Made by a program: the position numbers and the translations under genes
Part shown: positions 16,537-26,198 of the stretch, one piece after another
Layout: the number at the start of each line of letters is the position of its first letter
Numbering within the stretch: position 1 is the stretch's first letter
Notes under the pieces: generated by a model
Told to the model about the DNA's origin: nothing
Database searches by the model: none
What the model saw: only the letters and a program-made list of their open reading frames with translations
NCBI GenBank assembly: GCA_019322815.1
Contig: JAHWIB010000002.1
Location: 1 to 45,978 of the forward strand
Direction: 5' to 3'
Origin: Candidatus Woesearchaeota archaeon
GTDB taxonomy: Archaea; Nanobdellota; Nanobdellia; Woesearchaeales; WJKL01
Length of the DNA stretch: 45,978 nucleotides

Positions 16537-17001
16537 ATCCTTTTCCTCTTCAATCATTTCTTTTACATCAAACATCTCTTCAATTAATTTCTTGATTATA
16601 TCTGCTTTGCTGCTTTTCTTCAAGAAACTCAAGACAAATTTATTTTTACCAACTCTTTTTATTTCTGACAGCCCTTTTTCAATATCATGAAAATTCTGTA
16701 TTGCTGTGATACTAATAACAATATCAAAGAAGTTATCTAGATAAGGGATATTTTCTGCTGGAGCTAATTTATATTCAATGTTTTCTTTGTCTCTTGCTCT
16801 TGCTAAAAGCTGTTTTGCAGGATCAATTCCATATCTTTTACAAGACCAAGGCTCTGTTGTCAATCCAGTGCCACAACCAACATCTAATAATTTATCTTCT
16901 GGATTTGGTTTAAGATATTTTTTAATTAACTCTATCTTTTTTAACTGCTCTTCTTTATGCAGTTCTTCATAACCACTCGATATCTCATCATAATACCCCA
17001 T
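16519..17001 (-). CDS. class I SAM-dependent methyltransferase
   Basis: Motif I LLDVGCGTGLTT, plus later FDIVISITAIQNF (Methyltransf_11-like). Confidence 0.75.
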   Translation of the reverse strand: MGYYDEISSGYEELHKEEQLKKIELIKKYLKPNPEDKLLDVGCGTGLTTEPWSCKRYGIDPAKQLLARARDKENIEYKLAPAENIPYLDNFFDIVISITAIQNFHDIEKGLSEIKRVGKNKFVLSFLKKSSKADIIKKLIEEMFDVKEMIEEEKDLIFIA

Positions 17002-17050
17002 ATAAAACTATCTAAAAACATTTATATATAAATCTATTTTTTTCTGCAAT

Positions 17051-17845
17051 ATGCAGCAAATCTTAGAAAGATTAAGGCAATTGACAGGAAGCAAATATAT
17101 ACAGCTTACTGAAAGAGGAAATAATTCTCTTCTAATAGCTTTAACCCTGGTAAAAGATTTTCTAGATAAAGAAAAAGTTTTGATCCAGGACCAGGGAGGA
17201 TGGATAACTTACAAGCAATATCCAAAAAAATTAGGTTTAGAGATTATTGAATTAAAAACAGATCACGGGTTGATTGATTTAACTGATCTGGAAGATAAAG
17301 CAGATGAAAATTCTATTTTATTGATAAACTCAACACCAGGTTATGCTGTTTTTCAAGATATGCAGAAAATACAGGAAGCCTGCAAAAGAAAGAGATGTTT
17401 GTTGATAAATGATGTTTCTGGTTCAATTGGAACAGATACAGCAAAAATTGGAGATATAATCTTTGGATCTTTTGGAAGATGGAAGCCTATTAATGTTGAA
17501 TATGGAGGATTTATTGCAACAAATAATGATAAATACTATGAAGAATTTGCAGCATCTTATTTTGAAGAGCATAAATATGATGAATTAATTAAAAAGATTG
17601 AAGAGCTTCCGCAAAGACTGGAAAAATTACAGGAAGCAAGAAAAAAAATATTAGAGGATTTACAAAGCTTCAACATAATCCATAAATGCAAAAAAGGAAT
17701 AAATGTCATAATAAAATTTGATGATGATGAAGTTAAGCAAAGAATCATAGATTATTGCAAAGAAAACAAATTAGAATTTACAGAATGTCCGCGTTATATA
17801 AGAATTAATGAGCCAGCTATTTCTATTGAAGTTAAAAGATTATAA
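17051..17845 (+). CDS. small PLP-dependent-transferase-like protein (fold type I, DegT-like lysine motif); function uncertain
   Basis: LLINDVSGSIG...GSFGRWKPINVEYGGFI resembles the D-x-(A/S) and S-F-x-x-x-K...GG motifs of DegT/aminotransferase-like enzymes. Only 264 aa. Confidence 0.35.
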   Translation: MQQILERLRQLTGSKYIQLTERGNNSLLIALTLVKDFLDKEKVLIQDQGGWITYKQYPKKLGLEIIELKTDHGLIDLTDLEDKADENSILLINSTPGYAVFQDMQKIQEACKRKRCLLINDVSGSIGTDTAKIGDIIFGSFGRWKPINVEYGGFIATNNDKYYEEFAASYFEEHKYDELIKKIEELPQRLEKLQEARKKILEDLQSFNIIHKCKKGINVIIKFDDDEVKQRIIDYCKENKLEFTECPRYIRINEPAISIEVKRL

Positions 17846-17892
17846 TCTTATACAGTAAACCTTTTAAATGGATGCCAAAAAATCCTTAATTT

Positions 17893-18921
17893 ATGGGAAA
17901 TACATCATTTTTTGAAGCAGAGACTAAAGATCCGGCAATTCTTTCTTCTGAAGAGACAGAAGAAGAAAAAATTCCATTAGATGAACTTATAGATAAGCTT
18001 AATAAGGATTTTTTTTATCATGATCCTCCTCTAGTTTTTGATGGTTACATAGGTAAAGGAAGTTTTGGTCATGTCTTCAAAGGCATATCTCATTATGATA
18101 CCTTAGAAGAGCACGCAATAAAAATCATGAAACCCCAATTATTAGATACTCCCAATCCAATGGATCTAAAAGATTTGAAAAAGTTTTTTATGAATGAGTG
18201 TGTTTTTCAATATTTCCTATCTCAACAACTGGAAGATAAAGTTGTTAAGGTATATGATTATGGAGAATTCTTAACTTATAGATTTATGGTTATGGAGCTT
18301 ATGAGTGATAAGAGCTTGAGACATGTGATTAATGATTATAGAAGTTATTCTCTAAAAGACAGAGTTAGTATTATGATAGATATTGCTGGTATTTTATCAG
18401 AGATCCATGAAAAAAGGATTGTTCATAGGGATGTTAAGCCAGAGAATGCATTATTTTCACGCAAGACATATATAGTTGATGGAGAGCATGGCAAAGAGAT
18501 TGTAGGAGAAAGAGTTATTAAGATGTCTGATTTTGGTTTAGTAAGATGGATGCATTCTCACTTTCTTCCTGAACAGAATAAGATAATAGGCTCTTCTGAT
18601 TACATGTCTCCAGAGCAGGTTCATGAACCTAAATATGTTGATAAGAGGACAGATATCTTTTCTTTTGGAGTTGTTTTTTATGAAATGCTTAATGGAGTAT
18701 ATCCCAGGCAGGTTGATATTGATACTGATGATGAATATAGATATCTTTCTACATTAGTTGGAATACCTGCAAGAGCAATTATTGACTTGAATGATACTGT
18801 AAAAGATCTTAATTATATCATTATGAAATGTATGGAAAAAGATCCAGAAAAAAGATACCAGTCAATGGGAGAAGTTCTTGTTGATTTGAGAGAATATTAT
18901 AATAAACAATTTGATGCATAG
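17893..18921 (+). CDS. Hanks-type Ser/Thr protein kinase
   Basis: GKGSFGHV (Gly loop), AIKIM (VAIK-like Lys), HRDVKPENALF (catalytic loop), SDFGL (DFG), SPEQ (APE-like). Confidence 0.8.
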   Translation: MGNTSFFEAETKDPAILSSEETEEEKIPLDELIDKLNKDFFYHDPPLVFDGYIGKGSFGHVFKGISHYDTLEEHAIKIMKPQLLDTPNPMDLKDLKKFFMNECVFQYFLSQQLEDKVVKVYDYGEFLTYRFMVMELMSDKSLRHVINDYRSYSLKDRVSIMIDIAGILSEIHEKRIVHRDVKPENALFSRKTYIVDGEHGKEIVGERVIKMSDFGLVRWMHSHFLPEQNKIIGSSDYMSPEQVHEPKYVDKRTDIFSFGVVFYEMLNGVYPRQVDIDTDDEYRYLSTLVGIPARAIIDLNDTVKDLNYIIMKCMEKDPEKRYQSMGEVLVDLREYYNKQFDA

Positions 18922-18955
18922 ATTAATAAATTTTATAAATGATATTGATAAACTT

Positions 18956-19516
18956 ATGATTATGGCAGAAGTAAAAATTCTTGTCAAAGGATATATATCT
19001 GCAGAAAGCAATGGAAGTTTTTGCAGTACAATAACATTGATCCAAGACAAAGATATTAATATGGTTGTTGACCCAGGAACTTTGAAAGACAGGCAGATTC
19101 TTATTGATGTATTAAAAAAAGAAAATTTAGATTTAGAAGATATAAACTTTGTCTGCATTACTCATTCTCATATGGATCATTATAGAAATATTGGAATGTT
19201 TCCAAATGCAAAAGCATTGGATTATTATGGGGTTTGGGATAAAGATAAGGTTCATGATTGGAATCAAAAATTTTCAGAAAATATTGAGATAATTAAAACA
19301 CCAGGTCATAATTATGATTGCATTACTCTTTTAGTTAATACAGAAAAAGGAATCATTGCTGTTGTTGGAGATGTTTTTTGGAAAGAAAACTTTCCAGAAT
19401 ATGATGAATATGCATCAGATATAGAAACATTAAAAAAGAGCAGAGCTTTGGTTTTAAAAAAAGCTGATTTTATAATACCAGGACATGGAGATATATATGA
19501 GGCAGCGCAAAAATAA
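18956..19516 (+). CDS. MBL-fold metallo-hydrolase
   Basis: ITHSHMDHYRN (the H-x-H-x-D-H motif) and a later PGHG. A start at ATG 18956 or 18962 avoids overlap with the kinase stop. The ORF-track TTG 18911 is unlikely. Confidence 0.7.
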   Translation: MIMAEVKILVKGYISAESNGSFCSTITLIQDKDINMVVDPGTLKDRQILIDVLKKENLDLEDINFVCITHSHMDHYRNIGMFPNAKALDYYGVWDKDKVHDWNQKFSENIEIIKTPGHNYDCITLLVNTEKGIIAVVGDVFWKENFPEYDEYASDIETLKKSRALVLKKADFIIPGHGDIYEAAQK

Positions 19517-19558
19517 ATTTTTGCTGGTCTCAAAATTAAAATTTTGAGGTGAAGAAAG

Positions 19559-19960
19559 ATGGTAAAGATGCCAGAATCAATGGATGAATGTTTTTATTTT
19601 ACAAACAGAACTTTAGAGGATGGAAAAGGCTCAGTTATTGCATGGGTCTACAGGCCAAAATGTCCTAAGTGCGGAAAAGGAACTATGGGCAAGCCAGTTG
19701 ACCCAAAAACAGGCAAAGTAAAGAAAAGAGCAGATATCTATGTTTGCCCTGAATGCAAATATGAAGTTAAATGCGAAGAATTTGATCCAACATTAAAAGT
19801 TGAGATCCAATACAAATGCCCTTTCTGCGGAAATGAAGGAGAGACAACAACAGAATACAAAAGAAAATCATACAAAGGTGCCAAAGCTTATGTATTTACT
19901 TGTGGCAAATGTGGAGAAAAGATAGGGATTACAAAAAAGATGAAAGAGATAAAAAAGTAG
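19559..19960 (+). CDS. double zinc-ribbon protein
   Basis: Four CxxC pairs: CPKCG, CPECK, CPFCG, CGKCG. Basic C-terminus. AGGTGA SD upstream. Confidence 0.6.
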   Translation: MVKMPESMDECFYFTNRTLEDGKGSVIAWVYRPKCPKCGKGTMGKPVDPKTGKVKKRADIYVCPECKYEVKCEEFDPTLKVEIQYKCPFCGNEGETTTEYKRKSYKGAKAYVFTCGKCGEKIGITKKMKEIKK

Positions 19961-20085
19961 AGGCGTTCGTACTGTTGAGCAAAGCGAAATAGTACAAAAC
20001 TCATTACTGTATCTATATGGTGAATCCCTTAGAGATGAAGGAAACAAATAAATAATAAAGTAAGCTATTTTCTTAGTTAAAATAG

Positions 20086-20100
20086 AAATATTTATATACT
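20086..20100 (+). promoter_or_regulatory. TATA-box promoter of adhesin paralog 1
   Basis: AATATTTATATA, with TTTATATA at 20091-20098, 66 nt before ATG 20157. AGGTGA SD at 20145-20150. The same arrangement precedes paralog 2. Confidence 0.5.
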
Positions 20101-20156
20101 AAATTAGTAAACCATTCCGTATATTAGTATATTTTTTAAAAAAAAGGTGATATTAG

Positions 20157-22886
20157 ATGAAAAAAAAAGGTGAATCAAAAAGATTATTTCTAAGTTTGTT
20201 TATTGCGATAATATTGTGTGTTGGTATGATTTCATTTTCATATGCTTCTTCAGCAGGAAGTGCTGGAGGTAGCGATAGCTTTATTTCAGTTATGTGGGAT
20301 GGCATTGTGTCATTCTTTAAATATGTATTTGGAGGAATTACAGGATTCGCGATTGGCGGAGATAATGGTTATTATTACTATGGTGGATGTCCAGTATGTA
20401 GTATAACTGTAATTAAATATAATGATTTAGATGGAGACGGAATGAAAGATAATAATGAAAATAATATTCAAAATGATCCTTTTGCAATTGTTGCTTCTAC
20501 AGACATAGCGATAGAAGATGACAAATTACAACTTACTGATAATACTGGGAAAACAGTATTTGAGTATGATTGTCCTCTAGCTCCTGGTAAAGATGTTTTT
20601 ATTTCTGAGGATTTGACAATTGGAGCAGCACCTCACCCAGGATGGGTTAACACTGGAATAGGACCTGATAATCCTGTCACTTGCTTATGTCCAGATGATT
20701 GTGAACATACTGTTTATGTAGGCAATCGACAAATAATTGATGTACCTAATGGAACTTCTTTAGATTTTGGAGATGCCCCTGAAAGCGCAGTAACTACAAA
20801 TCATTTTGGATTAAATATGACTGCATATCCTAAAGGAGGACCTCTAGGAGTTCTTGCTAGGTTCCCGACTGTATTTGATCCATATATTAAAAACAATTAT
20901 GGACCATGTCATCTAAGGAATATATCAGCAGACTATCCAAAATTAGGAACAAATATTACAAATGATTGGAATGATGCTGATGTAATGCCTGATGATGATA
21001 ATGTCCCTAATATAAATGTAACAGCAGATCTTCCTGACTTGGATCTTGCTGATGATGGATTGATCAATATCACAGGAAGTCATTGTGGTATTGGAAATCT
21101 TACATTTAGTGTAACAGGTACTTTTGATAAAACCTATTATTTCAGCGCATGGGTTGACTTTAATAGAGATGGAGATTGGGAAGATACTATCACTGATTGC
21201 AACGGCCAATCTATCCCTGAACAGATCGTTAAAGACATGGAGATAAATGCTCCAGGAATCTATTCTAACACTTCTTGGATAGCTTTAAATGCATTACCTA
21301 ACGATGAAAAATGGATAAGATTATCATTATATCATGAGACCGATATATTTGGCGAACCAGTTGGTACGCCTATAACTAATTGCACTGATTTACAAGCAAT
21401 GCAGAATGATTTAGGTGGAGATTATTATCTAGCAAATGACATTGACTGCTATGATACTATTAATTGGAATATAGATGATAATTGCAGTGATTATACTACC
21501 TCCACTGATTGTTATGCATCAGGAAGATGTGGATGGGTATATGAACCTACACCGCATTGTATTGATAACAACGGATTTGAACCTATTGGTCCTGATCATT
21601 ATCATCGATTCTATGGAACATTAGATGGTAGAGGGCATACAATAACAGGGCTTTATATTAACAACGCTTATAGTGTTGCTTTGTTTGAGTATGTTCATAC
21701 TGGCGCTGTAATAAAGAATCTTGGTTTAGTAGATGTTGATATAAATGGAGGATCTGGTGCCTCTGCTTTAGTTGTTCGTAATCATGGAGGAGAAATCAAT
21801 AAATGTTATAGTACTGGAAATGTAGAACTTTTTAATCAAGGTTATGGTGCAGGTGGTTTAGTTAGTTTTATGTATTCTGGTAAGATAATTGATTCTTATT
21901 CTACTGCGACCATAATCAGCAGTGATTATTATGGAGGATCTAATGCAGGTGGTTTAGTTGGTAGTGTAAGTTACGGTGTTCAGATAGATCGTTGTTATGC
22001 TACTGGTGATGTGACTGCTACTGGCGGAAGAGTTGGTGGTTTAGTTGGTGATCTTGGTGGTACAATCACTGATTCCTTTTCAACTGGCATTGTTAGTGGT
22101 GTTGAAAATTCAAGTAGTGGTTATGGAGTAGGCGGTTTAGTTGGTTCTGCTAGTTTAAGTAGCTCAATAACCTCTTCTTATTGGTATAATTTTACAGGAA
22201 ATCCAAGCAAATGTGTAGGTTATGGATCTAATGCTGGTTGTACTGCTATTGATACAGAATCTTACTTCTATAGCAGTAGCAATGCACCAATGACTAACTG
22301 GAATTTCATTGATAACTGGCAGGAAAATACAAATGACTATCCAACATTGAGATTTACTGGACCAACAAAAGGAATGAATGAAGATGGTTCAATGACAAAG
22401 GATGAATGTTTTACTTATGGTGAAACAGAGGATTATTATTCAGTTATAACTGTTCCTCCTCCGCCAGAATATGACAGATGTCCTGATTCAATTATTCCAG
22501 AGATAAATGTGCCTGTAGATCATTATTTGACATCTTGGGATAATGTAGAACAAAAACCTATTGCAACTTGTGAAGGTGCTACAGAGACATGTCCAAATGA
22601 GCTTTGGTTAAACCCAAATCATTTTGCAGTAACCAGAGAAACATATAATCCAATATATTTCCAGACAAATATAGGAAGTTCAAAAGATCCAATCATTGTA
22701 AACTCAATGTACACATTGAATGATACATATGGATGTACTTGCGAGCAGATCTTAGAGTGTAAACATGGAAATAATAAAGGAGAATATAAGTGGGGATGCT
22801 CACCAGGAACAATTAATGTCTGGATTAAGCAAGAAGCAGAATGGGCAAGAAATTGTGAAGTTTATCCACCTATAGTAACTTCATAA
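20157..22886 (+). CDS. secreted adhesin-like protein with GLUG-motif repeats and a GEVED-like module; conserved N- and C-terminal cassettes
   Basis: Signal anchor KKKGESKRLFLSLFIAIILCVG. FYGTLDGRGHTITGLYIN is followed by repeated GGLV(G/S) units (GLUG-motif pattern). LDFGDAPE...WVDFNRDGDW...YGETEDYY resembles a GEVED domain. C-terminal Cys module YGCTCEQILECKHGNNKGEYKWGC. Confidence 0.8.
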   Translation: MKKKGESKRLFLSLFIAIILCVGMISFSYASSAGSAGGSDSFISVMWDGIVSFFKYVFGGITGFAIGGDNGYYYYGGCPVCSITVIKYNDLDGDGMKDNNENNIQNDPFAIVASTDIAIEDDKLQLTDNTGKTVFEYDCPLAPGKDVFISEDLTIGAAPHPGWVNTGIGPDNPVTCLCPDDCEHTVYVGNRQIIDVPNGTSLDFGDAPESAVTTNHFGLNMTAYPKGGPLGVLARFPTVFDPYIKNNYGPCHLRNISADYPKLGTNITNDWNDADVMPDDDNVPNINVTADLPDLDLADDGLINITGSHCGIGNLTFSVTGTFDKTYYFSAWVDFNRDGDWEDTITDCNGQSIPEQIVKDMEINAPGIYSNTSWIALNALPNDEKWIRLSLYHETDIFGEPVGTPITNCTDLQAMQNDLGGDYYLANDIDCYDTINWNIDDNCSDYTTSTDCYASGRCGWVYEPTPHCIDNNGFEPIGPDHYHRFYGTLDGRGHTITGLYINNAYSVALFEYVHTGAVIKNLGLVDVDINGGSGASALVVRNHGGEINKCYSTGNVELFNQGYGAGGLVSFMYSGKIIDSYSTATIISSDYYGGSNAGGLVGSVSYGVQIDRCYATGDVTATGGRVGGLVGDLGGTITDSFSTGIVSGVENSSSGYGVGGLVGSASLSSSITSSYWYNFTGNPSKCVGYGSNAGCTAIDTESYFYSSSNAPMTNWNFIDNWQENTNDYPTLRFTGPTKGMNEDGSMTKDECFTYGETEDYYSVITVPPPPEYDRCPDSIIPEINVPVDHYLTSWDNVEQKPIATCEGATETCPNELWLNPNHFAVTRETYNPIYFQTNIGSSKDPIIVNSMYTLNDTYGCTCEQILECKHGNNKGEYKWGCSPGTINVWIKQEAEWARNCEVYPPIVTS

Positions 22887-22893
22887 ATTTGAA

Positions 22894-22921
22894 TTTTTTT
22901 CTTTTTTTCTCTTTCTTTTTT
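22894..22921 (+). terminator. oligo-T terminator region after paralog 1
   Basis: TTTTTTTCTTTTTTTCTCTTTCTTTTT directly after the stop. A near-identical string follows paralog 2. Confidence 0.5.
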
Positions 22922-22974
22922 ATATTTCAATTTAAAATTAGAATAGATAAGCTATTTTCTCAACAATATTAGGA

Positions 22975-22988
22975 ATATTTATATAATA
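22975..22988 (+). promoter_or_regulatory. TATA-box promoter of adhesin paralog 2
   Basis: AATATTTATATA, with TTTATATA at 22978-22985, 64 nt before the SD-led ATG at 23042. Confidence 0.5.
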
Positions 22989-23015
22989 GTTTAGTATACT
23001 AATTTGTATATTATT

Positions 23016-25292
23016 ATGTTAAATAAAAAAGGTGACCTCTCATGGAAAAAAAAAGGTGAATCAAAAAGATTATTTCTAAGTTTGTTTATTGCAATAATAT
23101 TATGTGTTGGTACGATTTCATTTTCATATGCTTCTTCAGCAGGAAGTACTGGAGGTAGTGATAGTTTTATTTCAGTTGTATGGAATGGCATAGTTGGAAT
23201 ATTTAGATCAATATTTGGTGGAATAACTGGTTTTGCAGTTGCTGGAGAAAATGGTTATTATTCATCAAATGCAACTTGTTCTATTAGTGGTATTAAGTAT
23301 AATGATTCAAATGCAAATAGGATTAAAGATGAAGGAGAAAATTTATTAAGTGGATGGGTTATAAATTTATATAATGGAGATAGGACACAGTTTTTAGGAA
23401 GTACAACTACTAATGAAAATGGTTTTTATGAATTTTCTTCTTTAACATCAGATGAGTATATAGTATGCGAGCTAATGAAAGTTAGTTGGGTAAGTACTGC
23501 TCCAAATGCTGGAATAAATTCTGGAGATGGTAATTGCCATTTAGTAACTTTTTCAGAAGGAAATGTAGTTTCAGGTATAGATTTTGGTAATTATTTTAAT
23601 TATACTAATTGCACTATTAGTGGTATAAAATGGCATGATTCAAATGCAAATGGAAATATAGATACAGGAGAAGAACCCTTATCTAATTGGTTAATTCAAC
23701 TGAAAGAAGGAGACACTATCATAGACACTGCAGTTACTGATGAAAATGGAGAGTATAGTTTCAATGTTTTAACACAAGGAACTTATAGTGTATGTGAACA
23801 AATGAAAGATGGTTGGACAAGTACTGATCCAATAGCTGGTGAAACAAGTGGTTACAATAATTGTTGGGATGGTCTTGAATGTTCAGAACCTGTTACTAGT
23901 CATACAGGCAAAGATTTTGGAAATGATCAGGAACCTTTCTGTAAATTTTATATTCAAAAAAAGGTGGATGCAAATGCAAATGGTATATATAATGATGGTG
24001 GGCTTGAAAATCAACATCTTCCTGCTTGGGTGTTTGATATCAAGGACACATCTAACAATAGATTGACATTAATATTCACAGATTCAGAAGGGATAGGAGA
24101 CTCACCTTCACAAGACTATATTGTTAAGGATGATGGATCATCATTAGAATGTGATAAGAGTTATATTGTAGATGAATCTGTGAGACCTGGATGGACAGCC
24201 CAAACCAATCCACAAACAGTTACTTGCGGATCCCCAACTTCAGATGGATTTTGTTATATCAATGGTGCAAGTGATCTAGATGATAGTTTTGTAGAATTTA
24301 AAAATTCATATCCTTATCTTGTATATAATGTAGGTGGAAGAGTATATGGGAGTGTAATTGAAGGTGCTTCAATAACAATAGACGGGCAAGATGTATTCAA
24401 TGTAAGCTACTCCAATTCTACATTAACAGATTCATCTGGAGATTATGAATTTTTATCTGTTCCAGGTGGAATATATAATATAGCAGTCTCTGCAAATTGT
24501 TATGAGCCTCAAACTATAGTAGGTGAGAATATAATTTCAGATAGAACTATTGACTTTAACTTAGATTCAGTAGACTGCTCAACAAATAACTTGCCAGCAA
24601 TTGCAACATGCACAAATGGTCCAGATGGAAATCCATATACCTATGATACTGCACCAGCATTTGTAAGTACTTGCGATACTCTAACTGGAACATGCTCAAC
24701 AGGAACTTATTCATACACACATACATGCGATGTAGCGCAATGCGGAGCTGAATGTGATTCAAATGATGACTGTGCAAGTGGAGAAGTCTGCAATGCAGGA
24801 TGTACATGTGAACCAGAAGTATGTCTTGATGACGATAATGATGGAGTATGTAATGCAGATGATAAATGTCCTGCAACAGTAGCTTGGTATGCAACACAAG
24901 GACTAAGGCCAAATCATTATGATAACTCAAATATGGATTTAGCAACAACTTATGGATGCAGCTGCGAACAGATACTATATTGTAAACCAGGAGCAAACAA
25001 TGGAGAACAAAAATGGGGATGCACAGAAGGAACAATGAATGTGTGGACTAACCAGATAGGATGGGCTCCAGACTGCCAAGTTAATGGTATAGTTGCAACA
25101 GAAGGAGAAGCAAAATCAATTTTAGAAGACACTGATAATGCAGGAATGATTGACCCATTGGATGGTGATAATGACAACGATGGAATACCTGATGGTGAAG
25201 ATTCAGAAGATGATTCAACACCAAGTGAACCTGGACAACAAGGAACTGGAAAACCAGACTGGTGGTGCGATAAGCATCCAACTAAGTGTTAA
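23016..25292 (+). CDS. secreted adhesin-like protein with SdrD-B/Cna-B-like and carboxypeptidase-regulatory-like modules; paralog of 20157-22886 at both ends
   Basis: Shares KKKGESKRLFLSLFIAIILCVG...GGSDSFISV and YGCSCEQILYCKPGANNGEQKWGC with paralog 1. The middle has CSISGIKYNDSNAN...ENGFYEF and CTISGIKWHDSNANG...ENGEYSF units. An Asp-rich DGDNDNDGIPDGED lies near the C-terminus. The start codon is uncertain (23004, 23016, or a frameshifted 23042). Confidence 0.75.
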   Translation: MLNKKGDLSWKKKGESKRLFLSLFIAIILCVGTISFSYASSAGSTGGSDSFISVVWNGIVGIFRSIFGGITGFAVAGENGYYSSNATCSISGIKYNDSNANRIKDEGENLLSGWVINLYNGDRTQFLGSTTTNENGFYEFSSLTSDEYIVCELMKVSWVSTAPNAGINSGDGNCHLVTFSEGNVVSGIDFGNYFNYTNCTISGIKWHDSNANGNIDTGEEPLSNWLIQLKEGDTIIDTAVTDENGEYSFNVLTQGTYSVCEQMKDGWTSTDPIAGETSGYNNCWDGLECSEPVTSHTGKDFGNDQEPFCKFYIQKKVDANANGIYNDGGLENQHLPAWVFDIKDTSNNRLTLIFTDSEGIGDSPSQDYIVKDDGSSLECDKSYIVDESVRPGWTAQTNPQTVTCGSPTSDGFCYINGASDLDDSFVEFKNSYPYLVYNVGGRVYGSVIEGASITIDGQDVFNVSYSNSTLTDSSGDYEFLSVPGGIYNIAVSANCYEPQTIVGENIISDRTIDFNLDSVDCSTNNLPAIATCTNGPDGNPYTYDTAPAFVSTCDTLTGTCSTGTYSYTHTCDVAQCGAECDSNDDCASGEVCNAGCTCEPEVCLDDDNDGVCNADDKCPATVAWYATQGLRPNHYDNSNMDLATTYGCSCEQILYCKPGANNGEQKWGCTEGTMNVWTNQIGWAPDCQVNGIVATEGEAKSILEDTDNAGMIDPLDGDNDNDGIPDGEDSEDDSTPSEPGQQGTGKPDWWCDKHPTKC

Positions 25293-25298
25293 ATAAAC

Positions 25299-25326
25299 TT
25301 TTTTTATTTTTTTTCTCTTTCTTTTT
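25299..25326 (+). terminator. oligo-T terminator region after paralog 2
   Basis: TTTTTTTATTTTTTTTCTCTTTCTTTTT. It shares TTTTCTCTTTCTTTTT with the paralog 1 terminator. Confidence 0.5.
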
Positions 25327-25342
25327 AATAACTAAGAAATAA

Positions 25343-26140
25343 TCAAGCAGCTTGTCTTAGTTCCTTTCTTTCTTTTACAAATGCTTCTGTGCTTTTTAAT
25401 GTTCTGTTAACTAATTCTACATCAGCTTCAATTGGATATTCTTTTAGAATTCTTTTAACTGCACCTAATTCTCCTATTTCCATGTAACAGTGAGCATCAC
25501 TTGATATAACAATCCTTGGAACATATTTATTTATTGCATCTATCATTTCTCTGTGTTTTTTTGGATCATTTTTTCTTTTATTAGCATATATTGAATTGTT
25601 TAATTCAATAGCAACTCCTTTTTCTTTGCATGCTTCAACTATTGCATCCATATTAATAGGAAATTTTGCTAATGGTGGATGTGTGATTACATCTATTGAA
25701 TTTTGTGCTATTGCTCTGTGCAATAATGCTGTGTAATAAGTTTCTGATTCTCCTGTTGGCAATAATAAAGTTCTATCTTCAGGAGAAAGGTATTGGAATT
25801 TTGGATTATTATCTCTTGTTGCATGAATGCCTAATAGGATAATATCTAATTGTTTTTCATATTTTTCTTGAACATCTGTTGTTCCATCTATTCTTAGATT
25901 AGCTTCAATTCCTCTAAAAACCCTAACTCCTTCCATTTTTGCAGGAGTTCTTTCATATTCTAAGAAAGTTGAAGGAGTAGCCATTCCTCCTAAATCTAAT
26001 CCATGATCAGTTACTGCAATTGATGACATTCTTTTTCTTTTTGCCTGTTGATACAAAACAAAGTAATCATGCTGGCCGCATCTGCTTCTAAAGCTGTGTA
26101 CATGCAAATCATTCTTTATTTTATCTGGTAGTTTTAGCAT
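25343..26140 (-). CDS. PHP-domain phosphoesterase (YcdX/histidinol-phosphatase-like)
   Basis: DLHVHSFRSRCGQH (H-x-H), AVTDHG, GIEAN, LGIHA, VITHP and SSDAH follow the metal-ligand series of the PHP superfamily. Confidence 0.7.
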   Translation of the reverse strand: MLKLPDKIKNDLHVHSFRSRCGQHDYFVLYQQAKRKRMSSIAVTDHGLDLGGMATPSTFLEYERTPAKMEGVRVFRGIEANLRIDGTTDVQEKYEKQLDIILLGIHATRDNNPKFQYLSPEDRTLLLPTGESETYYTALLHRAIAQNSIDVITHPPLAKFPINMDAIVEACKEKGVAIELNNSIYANKRKNDPKKHREMIDAINKYVPRIVISSDAHCYMEIGELGAVKRILKEYPIEADVELVNRTLKSTEAFVKERKELRQAA

Positions 26141-26198
26141 TTTGTCTATTAATTAATAGGAGTTATTTATAAAACTGAGGTTATAATTGTATATATAA

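Noticed and set aside
19969-19995. 8-bp stem (GTACTGTT / AATAGTAC) with an 11-nt loop after the zinc-ribbon gene, considered as a small RNA or terminator
   Set aside because: The stem is short and AT-rich with a G-T pair, has no following T-tract, and shows no tRNA-like features. It is indistinguishable from chance in this composition.
23004-23015. ATG 23004 as the start of adhesin paralog 2 (MYIIM...)
   Set aside because: It lies only about 19-26 nt after the TATA box, probably at or upstream of the transcription start, and has no SD. 23016 or the frameshifted SD-led 23042 are more plausible.
20157-25292. Diversity-generating retroelement targeting the surface proteins (known in DPANN archaea)
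   Set aside because: I saw no reverse-transcriptase gene and no template/variable repeat pair with adenine-specific mismatches in the window. A computational TR/VR search would be needed to exclude one.
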